The notes beneath the pieces were generated by a model. It did no database searches. It was not told the origin of the DNA and saw only the letters and a program-made list of their open reading frames with translations. From Myxococcota bacterium (GTDB taxonomy: Bacteria > Myxococcota_A > Polyangia > Nannocystales > Nannocystaceae): 64,000 nucleotides of DNA. Made by a program: the position numbers and the translations under genes. Position 1 is the first letter of the stretch; every line of letters starts with the position of its first letter. The stretch spans positions 3,781 through 67,780 of the forward strand of contig JBCCQM010000015.1 of assembly GCA_039024335.1 (NCBI GenBank), written 5' to 3'. Positions 26,891-36,807 of this stretch are shown one piece after another.

Positions 26891-27655
26891 TCAGCCGCCG
26901 GTGCTGGAGTCGGTGTCGCCACCGCTTCCTTCGGAGCCACCCCCACCACCACCGCCGCCACCTTCGGGACATGCGCCAACCGGAGGGTCGGCGAGCGCTG
27001 CGGGGTTCATCGCGTCTTCGGGATTGATGCGAACCGCCGCGAACGTGGAGCCCGACAGATCGAGCGAGATCGGCATCGTCACCATGCCGTTCACGATGCC
27101 GCAGTAGACGTCCTCGTCCTGAATTGCGCCGGTGAGCTGCAGCGTCGCGAGAATGTTCGAGCCTGTGATCGGGTTGGCCGCGCCCTCGAGCGTGACCTCG
27201 CCGAGGTCCTGCATGAACGCGCCGCCGGCGTCGACCTGGGTGGTCACGGTGATCACGCTGCCGACGAACTCACGCGGGCTCGAGGTCGAGCCGACGTCGA
27301 GGGACAGCGGCTGCAGATCGAACACCAGCTCGCCACCACCGTCGTCGGTGGGCGTGAACGTCGTCTCGGCGATGAACTGGAACGGCGTCGTGGACGACAC
27401 CGGCGTGGGCGTGAGGGAGAAGTGGAAGGTGCCCGTGACGTCGGCCAGCGAACCGCCCACGTCCATCTTCACGGTTGCCGCCTCGTCGCGCTCTTCTTGG
27501 GTCTCGTCGACGAAGCCGTCGAAGCGCCCGGCCGTATCGGGACTGGGGCAGCCGGTCAGCGCCGTGAGGACCGAACCTGCGACGACCATGCCCAGAAGGG
27601 GCACGTTCCGGATGGACGAGGTGCGCGAGGGAACATCGAGGTGTTGCTGCGGCAT
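26891..27655 (-). CDS. Hypothetical lipoprotein with C-terminal poly-Gly/Ser/Asp tail
   Basis: Lipobox LTALTGC. 254 aa ending ACPEGGGGGGGGGSEGSGGDTDSSTGG. The stop lies 4 nt upstream of the purQ start codon. Confidence 0.7.
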   Translation of the reverse strand: MPQQHLDVPSRTSSIRNVPLLGMVVAGSVLTALTGCPSPDTAGRFDGFVDETQEERDEAATVKMDVGGSLADVTGTFHFSLTPTPVSSTTPFQFIAETTFTPTDDGGGELVFDLQPLSLDVGSTSSPREFVGSVITVTTQVDAGGAFMQDLGEVTLEGAANPITGSNILATLQLTGAIQDEDVYCGIVNGMVTMPISLDLSGSTFAAVRINPEDAMNPAALADPPVGACPEGGGGGGGGGSEGSGGDTDSSTGG

Positions 27656-27780
27656 GACGAAACTCGATTGCGACGGTCGAGGGTTTCCAACAATGAAGCC
27701 CAAAAACCGTGGCGAGAGTGTAGAGTGCGTCGACTCTCCGGCACAAGCCGGATTCGAGCTACCGACCGCTCGAGGTTTCG

Positions 27781-29382
27781 ATGGTGAAGCAACGCACAGC
27801 GACGACCCTGCATCGTTCCCGCAACTCCTCGCGCAGCTCCCTGCGGGCTTGGGGCATCGGCCTCGGCGTGGCGACTGCGATGGCCTGCTTCGCGAGCGCC
27901 TCGGACGCGCACGCGTCGGGTATCGCGGCGGCACGCTTTGGCGGTGAACACGGTCACCCCACGACCGACAACCCCACTGCCATCTACTACAACCCGGCCG
28001 GCATCGCGCTCTCCAAAGGAACGCACATCTTCGTCGACGGAACGGTGGCACTGCGGTGGGCAGGCTACGAGCGACCCGCGGCGGGTCCCGATGACGTCGC
28101 CAACGGCAGCTTCCCGACGCAGAACAACCAGGAGACGCTCGAGCTGGCGCCCGGCGCCAACGATGGCAAGGCCTCGCTCTTCAACGCGATCGCCTCGCCC
28201 TTCCTCGGCGTCTCGTCGGACTTCGGAACCGACTTCATCTACGGCGGGTTGTCGGTCTCGTTCCCGTTCGGCGGATCGGCCGTTTGGGACAAGAACAGCG
28301 TCTATGAGGGCAATCAGCAGTTCCCAGGGGCTGCCGACGGTCAGCAGCGCTGGTACTCGATCGACGGCTCGATCCGCTCGATGTACGTCACCGGCGCGCT
28401 CGCGTTCAACATCCGCAAAATCGGTCTTTCGATCGGCCTGAGTGGCTCGGCGATCCGCAGCGAAGTGAATACGCTTCGGGCTCGGAACGCCGACGGCACC
28501 GACGACCTCGTCGCGGTGAACTCCGATGGAACCATCGCCCTCGACGGTGATGGCAACACCACCCTCAAAGAAGGCCGCAGCCTCGTCGAGGTCAACGGCT
28601 GGCAGGGCGGCTTCGGCATCGGCCTCGTCTACGACGTCCTCAAGAAGGGCAAGTACTTCATCGGCGCGTCGTACACCTCGCAGCCGAACATCACCGGCGG
28701 CATGACGCTGACCGGAACGCTTCGCAACGCGCTCGCGGTCAGCCAGGCTGACCGGTCCGAGGTCGAGCTGACGCAGTCGCTGCCCGACATCATCCGCTTC
28801 GGCGTCCGCATCCGGCCCACCGACAAGTACGAGCTTCGATTGTTTGGCGACTACACGCGGTGGTCGGTCGCCCAGCGTCAATGCCTCATCGACGTCGCCG
28901 GCAAAACCGACACCACCTGCGACTTCGACAACCTCGACACCGCGCTCACGGAGCCCGAGAACTTCGGCGGGTCCAGCCTTCCTGACGGGAGTCAAAACCC
29001 TGCCGCTGCCGGCGTCGTCCAGCACCTCCCCCGCTTCTGGAAAGATGCCGGAGGCGTACGGCTCGGTGGCTCGTACTGGTTCATCCCCGAAGTCGAGGGC
29101 TACCTGGGGGCTGGATACGACAGCACCGCGGTTCCGCTCGAGACGCTCGATCCCGCGCTGATGGACATGCACAAGTTCAGCATCGCAGCCGGCGTGCGAT
29201 GGCAGATCGTCAAGCACCTGGCCATGGCGTTCACCGCAACGGAGATCATCTACCTTCGGACCAGCACCAAGGGCAAAAGCGCGCTGAACCGCTTCCCCGC
29301 GCCGACGCGGCAGCCCAGCGCTGACGGCGTCTACACGCAGTTCCTGCAGCTGTTCAACATCTACGCGGATATCTCGTTCTGA
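27781..29382 (+). CDS. FadL/OmpP1/TodX-family outer-membrane transporter for hydrophobic compounds
   Basis: Signal peptide. N-terminal hatch-like motif (GIAAARFGGEHGHPTTDNPTAIYYNPAGIA). Alternating beta-strand pattern. C-terminal aromatic residue (..NIYADISF). Confidence 0.8.
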   Translation: MVKQRTATTLHRSRNSSRSSLRAWGIGLGVATAMACFASASDAHASGIAAARFGGEHGHPTTDNPTAIYYNPAGIALSKGTHIFVDGTVALRWAGYERPAAGPDDVANGSFPTQNNQETLELAPGANDGKASLFNAIASPFLGVSSDFGTDFIYGGLSVSFPFGGSAVWDKNSVYEGNQQFPGAADGQQRWYSIDGSIRSMYVTGALAFNIRKIGLSIGLSGSAIRSEVNTLRARNADGTDDLVAVNSDGTIALDGDGNTTLKEGRSLVEVNGWQGGFGIGLVYDVLKKGKYFIGASYTSQPNITGGMTLTGTLRNALAVSQADRSEVELTQSLPDIIRFGVRIRPTDKYELRLFGDYTRWSVAQRQCLIDVAGKTDTTCDFDNLDTALTEPENFGGSSLPDGSQNPAAAGVVQHLPRFWKDAGGVRLGGSYWFIPEVEGYLGAGYDSTAVPLETLDPALMDMHKFSIAAGVRWQIVKHLAMAFTATEIIYLRTSTKGKSALNRFPAPTRQPSADGVYTQFLQLFNIYADISF

Positions 29383-29441
29383 GACAACACTGTCTCAGCC
29401 TGTCTCAATAACGAGACAGCACCGGTGTCGGGGAGACACCG
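29381..29441 (+). other. Three consecutive hairpins sharing a GAGACA/TGTCTC core, directly after the FadL-like stop
   Basis: H1 GAGACA-acac-TGTCTC (29381-29396). H2 TGTCTC-aataac-GAGACA (29401-29418). H3 CGGTGTC-gggga-GACACCG (29423-29441). Confidence 0.85.
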
Positions 29442-29783
29442 CATCAGGGCCGATGTCGAGGGGTGGAAAGACCACACTCCGTCCGACATCGGCCTTCCTG
29501 CGTCTTCCTCCGACGACACCGGCCAGCCAGTCGCATCGCGGACGGCCAAACGCGCCCAATCCGCCGTTACAGCACGGTAACGGTCGGTCAGACGGTTCTA
29601 AGGGTCGTTGCCTGACCAGTATCGCGCATCCCCCGATCGGGACTCCCGGAGGCGCGAACCTGCGCCACCCTCCGTCCGCGCTCGGAACGCGGGCGAGGCA
29701 CGACTTTTGCACTGAGGTGTCACGGGGATTACACCGCGATTGCACCGAGACGGTGCAGCGGCCGTGGCCCCTCGGGGATTGGG

Positions 29784-32700
29784 ATGACGCGGACAACCAA
29801 ACGCCTTCGCACCGTCGGCGGAACGATCTGGCAGGCCTTGGGACTGATGATGCTGGTCGGCTTCGTGCTGTTTGCCGGACAGCGCGAGACCGAGGCACGC
29901 GTCGACCCCTACTACATCCTCCGCGGGCTGACGAACGGGGACGTGCGTCCGCAGATCCTGTTCGTGGTCGACACGTCGGGCTCGATGACCTGGCGGGCGC
30001 AGGCTGCCGACGAGCAGTGCGACTGGGCGGACTGCGAGGGCGACAACGGGACCCGAGAGAGCCGTCTGTCCGCCGCCCGCCGAATCATCAACGCCGTCAT
30101 CGAGCAGACGTCCGACAGCGCCTCGTTCGCGCTGATGACCTTCGACCAATATGACCCCCCGACCTACAACCCCTCGCGCTGCAACAGCAACCGCCGCTTC
30201 TCGTGGGTGACCTGGTACGGGGCGTTCTGGTGGGACGAGATCTTCAAGTACGGCGGCACGCAGGGCACCTGGCGGCTGTGCCAGGGCAACACGCAGCGCC
30301 CCTACCCGTACCTGCGCTGGGACAACCTGGGCGTGGGCGCGAACGTGGGCGGCAACAACCAGAACGGCGCCGTACCGCCCTCCCCGCTCATCGGCGGCAA
30401 CCCGCAGCACGGCGCGAATGCGTACCGAAACGTTCAGTGGTTCCCGCGCTTCATGGGCGTCCGCGTTCAGCTCAACAGCGAGACCGACCCCGGACAGACC
30501 ATCCTCAACCAAACCTACGGTGACTACGGCACCAGTTACTGGAACCGGGTCAACAACGTCTGGGGGCAGGACTTCTACTACTGGCCCTACGTCGACGGGT
30601 TCCCGCACTACGCGGCCACGAGCGTCTGGCCGTACGACAACGGCGCGGACGCGGGCGGCGTCGTTGGTCAGAACGGCGGCGTGAACGAAGCCAAGCTCTA
30701 CGCGCCGTTCTACCTCAACCTGGAAGACAACCCCGGCGTCCCCGCGAACGCCTGGGGCCCGCAGGACACGGACGAGGCGACGCAGACGGTCCTCGACAAG
30801 ACCGCCCCGCTGGTCGAGGGCGGCATCGATGCGGCCGGCGGAACGCCCTGGGCATCGGTCATCGGTGACATCCCCGGCTCCTATCCGATGGCGAACACCG
30901 AGGGCAGCCACCGTTCGGTCGCCAGCTACCTCTCGTTCGTCACCCAAGAGGCCACCGGCGGTCTGTGTGCCCCGACCGCTGCCGTTCTGCTCACCGACGG
31001 TGTCCCGACCCCGTCGAGCCAGGGCGGCCCGAACCTCTACCGCCGCCTCGCGCGGCTTCGGAACGACCTCGGCGTCAATACCTACGTGGTCGGCTTCTTC
31101 CAGAACTCCGGCGAGATCAACAACATGGCGTGCGCGGCCGCGGGTGGATGCACCGGCTTCAACTGCTACACGCCGTGCAACGACACCCCGGCCAACGACT
31201 GGGATACCTGCGCCGATCCGGACAACACGAACAACTGCGCGTATCTTGCCAACTCGGCCGAAGAGCTCGCCGGAGTGCTCACGTCGATCGTCACCGCCGA
31301 GCTCGATGTCGACCTCCCCTCGGGGCCCGGCGCGTCGGCAAACGAGTTCGGCGTGGGCGCGGGTGGAACACCCGGCCAAGGCGACGTCCTGCAGACGTCC
31401 ATGAACGCGACGACGGCCTGGCCTGGATGGCGGGGAAGCCTCCGGCGGGAGCTTTGCGAGCACCGCGATGGCGACGGCAACCTGCTCGAGCAGTGCGAGC
31501 TGCCTTCCCCCGAGTGGACCGCCGACGAGATCGAAGAGACCTTCGGACCGTGCCCGCAATCGCACGTGTGGGACGCCGGCGAATGTCTCCAGGCCACGCC
31601 CTGGAACGAGCGACGCGTGTTCACCACCAACACGGCGGGCAACGTCATTCGCGTGACGAACGACGCCGGTGAAGCCACGGCCGAGTTCCGCCAGGAGCTG
31701 CAGGCGCAGGGCCTGATCGCGCCGCCCAACCTGGGCGCGCAGGCGAACACGATCGCGCGCTTCATGCTCGGCGAAAGCTGGCCCGACGGTTGGAAACTCC
31801 CCGGCCTGGCCGAGTCCGCGCCGACGCTCGTCCGTCGCGTCCCACCGCTGCGCACCGCGTTCGTGCCCTCCGTGGGCATTCGCGACCCGCACTGTGGCGG
31901 CCGTCGCCTCGGCAGCACCGACGCGGGCGGTCTACCCCGCTCGCTCGAAGACTTCGCCGCAGAGTCTTGGGGTGCAGGCGGCACGCTGGGTGCCCCCTCG
32001 TATCACTACGAGTATCAGGAGGCCGTGCTCATCGGAGACGACATGGGCATGCTGCACGCCTTCCAGTACAACAGCGGCAACGAACTGTGGGGCTTCGTGC
32101 CGCGCGCGCTGCTGCAGAACGTGGTCGAGCAGTCGACGCACGGGCCTGCGGCCGTCGGACAGCCCGAAGCGCTCGAAGATCACCTCTACGGCATCTCCGC
32201 CACGGTCAACGCCGGCTACGTCTTCGACGACAGTGCCGCCGATGACGACGATCACCAGTGGCGTCACCTCGCCGTGTTCGGGTTTGGACCCGGCGGCAGC
32301 GACTACGTCGCGCTCGACGTCAGCCACATGTCGCCCTCGTCGCCGGAGGGTCCGGTCGAGGTGCTCTGGAGCACCGACCAACCGAGCCTCGAAGCGACGT
32401 ACGACGAGGTCCTGGGCGAGACCTGGGCCCGACCGGCGCTCACATACCACGTGCCCGACGACGACATGAGCAACGAGCCCGACCCGTTCCTGGTCGTGGG
32501 CTCGGGCTACCAAGGCGACGCTCCAGGTTCGGCCGGCCGTCACCTGCTGCGCGTCAATGCATTGACGGGCGAGCTGCTCGAAAGCGCCGAAGTTCCGGCG
32601 CCCATCGGTGACCAGTTCGACGAGGACTACGGCCTGATGGTCGACCCCGCCGTGGGTACCCACTGCCTCAGTCGCTTCTGGGCCGAGGCGCAGGAGACCT

Positions 32701-33734
32701 ACATTGCCGACCCTGCCGGCCGCCTGTTCCGCTGGGACCTCGGCCGCACCAGCGCTCACGAAGCCGACAGCGGTGGAGAGTGGGCTGCGAACGCAACACC
32801 CGTGGCAACGTTCAGCAGCTGCATCGGCGAGGGCTCGAGCTGCTCGGTGTCGCCGAGTAACCCAGCCGAGCCCTTCATCTTTGCCCCGGCCGTCACCGCG
32901 AACGACCGCATCGACGACCAAGCCAACGCCGCGGGCGGTCTGCCGCCCGAAGGTGAGGACCAGTTCCTCATCGCGATGATCAGCGGCGCGCACAACGACG
33001 AAGCCGTGAACCCCCAAGACGGGACGAATCGCTTCCACAGCAGCCTCTACCTGCTCACCGACGACCACCGTGCCGAGCCGGGCGAAGGCTTCACCATCCC
33101 GGGCAACGCCCCGAAGATGCAGGTCGCCGACATCGGCACCAACGCCGGCTACCTTCGCATCGCCCTGAGTGACCTCCCGCGGACGCGCCGCTTCACCCCC
33201 TACCCGGATGCCGCCGAGATCGTCGAAACGCGGAACTTCTCGCCGGAGACCCGCCCGATCCGCTCGCCCCGCATCGTGATGCGCGGCGTCGCCGACAGCA
33301 CCGGCGACGAGGTTCAGATCGTCGACGGAATCGAGGTCGCCGAGATCACGTACTTCGTCCACGAGCCGCCGACGCAGTCCTGCGACCCGCGGTTCTTCGA
33401 TGCGAGCGAAGACACCTGGTACATCGACCAGGGCGCGACGTTCGAGATCACGTTGCGCGTGACCGTCGACAGCGTCGCCGGCTTCAACTTCAGCAACGGC
33501 GCCGCCGAGGACATCGTCGACTTCGAAGACGAGACCTTCGAGCGCTCGCTGGACCTGGTCGGCGTGGAGCAGTCCGGCGGCGGCGACTGCGAGGACGGCA
33601 ACTGCGGCCCGCAGCCTCAGACCACCCCGATGGTCCCGTGCGACAACAACTCCGATACGGACCCGCCGGCCACCTCCAGCTACGCGATTCCGCTGTCGGC
33701 CCGCCAGCTCCAGGGGTTCTCGCCGACCGAGTGA
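29784..33734 (+). CDS. Large secreted vWA-domain / PilY1-like beta-propeller protein
   Basis: Signal/TM segment. MIDAS-type vWA start ([13 protein letters not shown] ... [10 protein letters not shown]). PilY1/PilC-propeller signature ([26 protein letters not shown]). 1316 aa with uniform codon bias. Confidence 0.85.
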   Translation: MTRTTKRLRTVGGTIWQALGLMMLVGFVLFAGQRETEARVDPYYILRGLTNGDVRPQILFVVDTSGSMTWRAQAADEQCDWADCEGDNGTRESRLSAARRIINAVIEQTSDSASFALMTFDQYDPPTYNPSRCNSNRRFSWVTWYGAFWWDEIFKYGGTQGTWRLCQGNTQRPYPYLRWDNLGVGANVGGNNQNGAVPPSPLIGGNPQHGANAYRNVQWFPRFMGVRVQLNSETDPGQTILNQTYGDYGTSYWNRVNNVWGQDFYYWPYVDGFPHYAATSVWPYDNGADAGGVVGQNGGVNEAKLYAPFYLNLEDNPGVPANAWGPQDTDEATQTVLDKTAPLVEGGIDAAGGTPWASVIGDIPGSYPMANTEGSHRSVASYLSFVTQEATGGLCAPTAAVLLTDGVPTPSSQGGPNLYRRLARLRNDLGVNTYVVGFFQNSGEINNMACAAAGGCTGFNCYTPCNDTPANDWDTCADPDNTNNCAYLANSAEELAGVLTSIVTAELDVDLPSGPGASANEFGVGAGGTPGQGDVLQTSMNATTAWPGWRGSLRRELCEHRDGDGNLLEQCELPSPEWTADEIEETFGPCPQSHVWDAGECLQATPWNERRVFTTNTAGNVIRVTNDAGEATAEFRQELQAQGLIAPPNLGAQANTIARFMLGESWPDGWKLPGLAESAPTLVRRVPPLRTAFVPSVGIRDPHCGGRRLGSTDAGGLPRSLEDFAAESWGAGGTLGAPSYHYEYQEAVLIGDDMGMLHAFQYNSGNELWGFVPRALLQNVVEQSTHGPAAVGQPEALEDHLYGISATVNAGYVFDDSAADDDDHQWRHLAVFGFGPGGSDYVALDVSHMSPSSPEGPVEVLWSTDQPSLEATYDEVLGETWARPALTYHVPDDDMSNEPDPFLVVGSGYQGDAPGSAGRHLLRVNALTGELLESAEVPAPIGDQFDEDYGLMVDPAVGTHCLSRFWAEAQETYIADPAGRLFRWDLGRTSAHEADSGGEWAANATPVATFSSCIGEGSSCSVSPSNPAEPFIFAPAVTANDRIDDQANAAGGLPPEGEDQFLIAMISGAHNDEAVNPQDGTNRFHSSLYLLTDDHRAEPGEGFTIPGNAPKMQVADIGTNAGYLRIALSDLPRTRRFTPYPDAAEIVETRNFSPETRPIRSPRIVMRGVADSTGDEVQIVDGIEVAEITYFVHEPPTQSCDPRFFDASEDTWYIDQGATFEITLRVTVDSVAGFNFSNGAAEDIVDFEDETFERSLDLVGVEQSGGGDCEDGNCGPQPQTTPMVPCDNNSDTDPPATSSYAIPLSARQLQGFSPTE

Positions 33735-33798
33735 TTCTGGGACGAGAAAGGGTTGCGCCGCGAACATTCGCGGGTATCCTCACGCGCAGGGCCACCCC

Positions 33799-34251
33799 AT
33801 GCGCGATATCTCACAATCCTTTCGCTGGATCCACGAGTCTCTCCCGTACTGGGACGCTGAGAAGGCCCGCATCGTCGGCGGGGCGCAGGCGGGCACTCTC
33901 CCCGCCCGCCCGGACTCGCGTGCCCCTGGAGAGGTCCTGCCGGACGACTGGTGGCGCGTGGAGCTCGACGGCAAGACCGTCGGGTACGGCTGGATGGACG
34001 TGACCTGGGGTGACGCCGAAATTCTGCTCGTCGTCGAGCCCGAGGCCCAGGGCCACGGCGCGGGCTCGTTCATTCTCGAGCAGCTCGAGGGGGAAGCCCG
34101 CGCGCGCGGCATCAACTACCTCTACAACCAGGTCCACCCCGAGCACCCCGCGCGGGATGAGATCACCGCATGGCTTCAGAAGCGGGCCTTTTCGCAAACC
34201 GAAGACGGCAAGCTCGCGCGCGCCATCGTCGGCGCCGCGAAGGCGGGCTAG
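33799..34251 (+). CDS. GNAT-family N-acetyltransferase
   Basis: Acetyl-CoA binding motif ([27 protein letters not shown]). Confidence 0.8.
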   Translation: MRDISQSFRWIHESLPYWDAEKARIVGGAQAGTLPARPDSRAPGEVLPDDWWRVELDGKTVGYGWMDVTWGDAEILLVVEPEAQGHGAGSFILEQLEGEARARGINYLYNQVHPEHPARDEITAWLQKRAFSQTEDGKLARAIVGAAKAG

Positions 34252-36758
34252 CCTTCGCGCGGCGCGACGGCGGACGCGTCCTTCACGTGTGTGTCGAGCC
34301 ACCGGAACGACTCGGCGAGCACGTGCAGCACGGACTCCCGCGCGGCGTAGCCGTGCGACTCATGCGGGAGCATCACCAAGCGGGCCGTGCCGCCGTTGCC
34401 CTTGAGCGCGTGGAAAAGGCGCTTGGACTGCAGCGGATAGGTTCCCGAGTTGTTGTCGGCCTCGCCGTGAATGAGCAGGATCGGCTCGTCGAGCGTGTCG
34501 GCGGCAAACAGCGGTGAGACGTTGACGTAGGCTTCGGTTGCCTCCCAAAGCGTGCGTCGCTCGCTTTGAAATCCGAACGGCGTCAGCGTGCGGTTGTAGG
34601 CGCCGGAGCGGGCAATCCCGGCCTTGAACAGGTCGCTGTGCGCCAGCAGGTTGGCCGTCATGAACGCGCCGTAGCTGTGCCCTGCCACCGCGACGCGTTC
34701 GCGGTCCGCGACGCCCTCGGCCACCGCCGCGTCGATTGCAGCCTCCGCGGACGCCACGATCTGGTCGAGAAACGTGTCGTTCATGGTCTGCGGGTCACCC
34801 ACGATCGGCATCGCGGCCCCGTCGAGGACAGCGTACCCCTGGGTGAGGAACATCAGCGGTGAGGTGCTGCGCAGCCGCGTGAAGCGGTTGGGCGACGCTC
34901 GCACCTGTCCCGCCGTGTCCTTGTCGTTGTACTCGAGCGGATAAGCCCAGACCACGAGCGGCAGACGCTCGCCCTTGGTGTGTCCAGGAGGGACATACAG
35001 CGTCCCCGACAGCTCGACACCGTCCTTGCGCTTGTACTTGAGGATCTTCTTTTCGATGCCCGTCAGCTGCGGGTGTGGGTCGGCAAACGACGTGATGGCG
35101 CGCCGCGCTCCCGAAGCATCCTGGACGTACACGTTGGGCACGTCGGCCTTGGACTCCCGCCACACGATGAAGCGGTCTCGCGACCCCGCAAAGTCGAGGA
35201 AGCTCGCGTACTCGTCCTCGGACGACTCGAACACGCGCGTCGTGGTGCCGTCGTCGAGCGACATGCGCTGCATGAACGGCCGATACCCTGCCGGCGTCGC
35301 GCCACTGCCCGACAAGAAGATCGCGTTGCCCTCGACCGGAATGACGTACGTACCGTCCGGGCGCAGGTCGTACAGCGGGCGCCCGGGGTCGCCATAGGCA
35401 TCGCGCACGGAACGGTCGACGAGCACCCGGTCCTCGGCCCCGCCCTTTGCGTCGTGCAGCACGGTTCGCGTCCAGCGTCGGTCCCGGTCGTAGTCGGAGA
35501 TCAGCGACTGGCCCTCGTTTTGCGTCCACCCGATGCTCGAGAAGCGATGCTGCACGCGGGTCAGAATCGACGGGACGTCGGCGAAGGGGGCCGCGTGCAC
35601 CATCACGCGGTCTCGGTGCTCGACCTCCTTCTTCGGGTCTCCCTCGTCGAGCGCTTCGACCCAGACCAGGGTGGATGGCTTCTGGGGGTGCCACTGCACG
35701 CTGCGGGGCCCGGTCCGCACGCCGCCGATGGGAATCTGGTCGGCGAGGTCCCGATCCGCGACGGTCCGCAGGACCCTTGCGCCGTCATCCCAGACCTCCG
35801 TGACGCGAGGAAAGCGGTAGTACGGCACCGCATACGAAAACGGCGTCCGGATGCGCTCGACCAGCAGGTGCTTGCCGTCGGGCGACGACTCGGCGTCCAG
35901 CAGCATCGCGGGCGTTCCGAGCGTCGCCACCGCCTTCGACGCCAGGTCGAGTCGCTGCAGCTGCACCGTCGCCAGGTGCTCGAACAGCGCCTCGTCGTAG
36001 GGGTCGGAGAGCAGGTCCTGGTAGGTTCGGTTGGTCGCCTTCTCCCCCGTCGTGTCCGAGACCGCTGGTCCCACGGGCTTGATCGAGCGGGCGGGAGGAT
36101 TCCCGTGCCCCTCGGGGACGGTCATCAACAGCAGCCCCGCCCCGCCCGGCAACCAGCGGAAGCCCGGCGACAGCACGTCGTTGATGCGCAGGGTCGAAAT
36201 CTGCTCAGCGCGTCCCGTTGCGGCCTCGACAACCCACAGACGCGCTCCATCGTCGGTCCAGCGAGTGAAGGCGATCTTGCTCCCGTCGGGCGACCAGCGC
36301 GGCGTCCCCATCCGGATGCCCTCGGGCAGCGAGATGGTCGTGTGCGACCCAGAGGCGACGTCGACCAGCTCGAGCGACTCGTACATTCGCGTCCGTCGTT
36401 CCGCATAGCGCTTTGCATCGATGCGAACGCCCGCGAGGCGCTCGAACGGCGCCGCCACGTCTTCGATGCCCGGCAGGTGGTCATAGTGGGCGAGCAGCAT
36501 CTGCGCGCCGGTGGGGCTGACCATCATGCGCGGCACCGCGGGTGCGTCGACGATCGCCACCACGTCCTGTGGCGGGGTCTCGTAGGTGGACGGGAGCTCG
36601 ATCGTCGCGGTCGCACTGGCAGGCGTTGCGTCCGGAGAGGGCGTCGCGGCCGGCTTCACCGCGGGCGCGGCCACGGGCGCCTTTTCGGGGGGCGGCGTCG
36701 GCGACTTGGCGCAGGCGCCGACAAGCAGCAGAGACATCGACAGGGCACGCGTGGTCAT
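34248..36758 (-). CDS. S9-family serine peptidase (prolyl oligopeptidase / acylaminoacyl-peptidase type), lipoprotein
   Basis: Lipobox LLLVGAC, an N-terminal beta-propeller-sized region, and a catalytic triad context: GHSYGA (Ser), HGEADNN (Asp), ESHGY (His). Confidence 0.88.
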   Translation of the reverse strand: MTTRALSMSLLLVGACAKSPTPPPEKAPVAAPAVKPAATPSPDATPASATATIELPSTYETPPQDVVAIVDAPAVPRMMVSPTGAQMLLAHYDHLPGIEDVAAPFERLAGVRIDAKRYAERRTRMYESLELVDVASGSHTTISLPEGIRMGTPRWSPDGSKIAFTRWTDDGARLWVVEAATGRAEQISTLRINDVLSPGFRWLPGGAGLLLMTVPEGHGNPPARSIKPVGPAVSDTTGEKATNRTYQDLLSDPYDEALFEHLATVQLQRLDLASKAVATLGTPAMLLDAESSPDGKHLLVERIRTPFSYAVPYYRFPRVTEVWDDGARVLRTVADRDLADQIPIGGVRTGPRSVQWHPQKPSTLVWVEALDEGDPKKEVEHRDRVMVHAAPFADVPSILTRVQHRFSSIGWTQNEGQSLISDYDRDRRWTRTVLHDAKGGAEDRVLVDRSVRDAYGDPGRPLYDLRPDGTYVIPVEGNAIFLSGSGATPAGYRPFMQRMSLDDGTTTRVFESSEDEYASFLDFAGSRDRFIVWRESKADVPNVYVQDASGARRAITSFADPHPQLTGIEKKILKYKRKDGVELSGTLYVPPGHTKGERLPLVVWAYPLEYNDKDTAGQVRASPNRFTRLRSTSPLMFLTQGYAVLDGAAMPIVGDPQTMNDTFLDQIVASAEAAIDAAVAEGVADRERVAVAGHSYGAFMTANLLAHSDLFKAGIARSGAYNRTLTPFGFQSERRTLWEATEAYVNVSPLFAADTLDEPILLIHGEADNNSGTYPLQSKRLFHALKGNGGTARLVMLPHESHGYAARESVLHVLAESFRWLDTHVKDASAVAPREG

Positions 36759-36807
36759 GCGCCCGCGAGGCTATCAGGCTCGCAAAGCCGGCCCGCGCGT
36801 CGGCAGC

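Noticed and set aside
34248-34251. The convergent GNAT and S9 peptidase genes share a palindromic CTAG that provides the TAG stop on both strands.
   Set aside because: It is a real but trivial consequence of a 4-nt convergent overlap, with no evident functional meaning.
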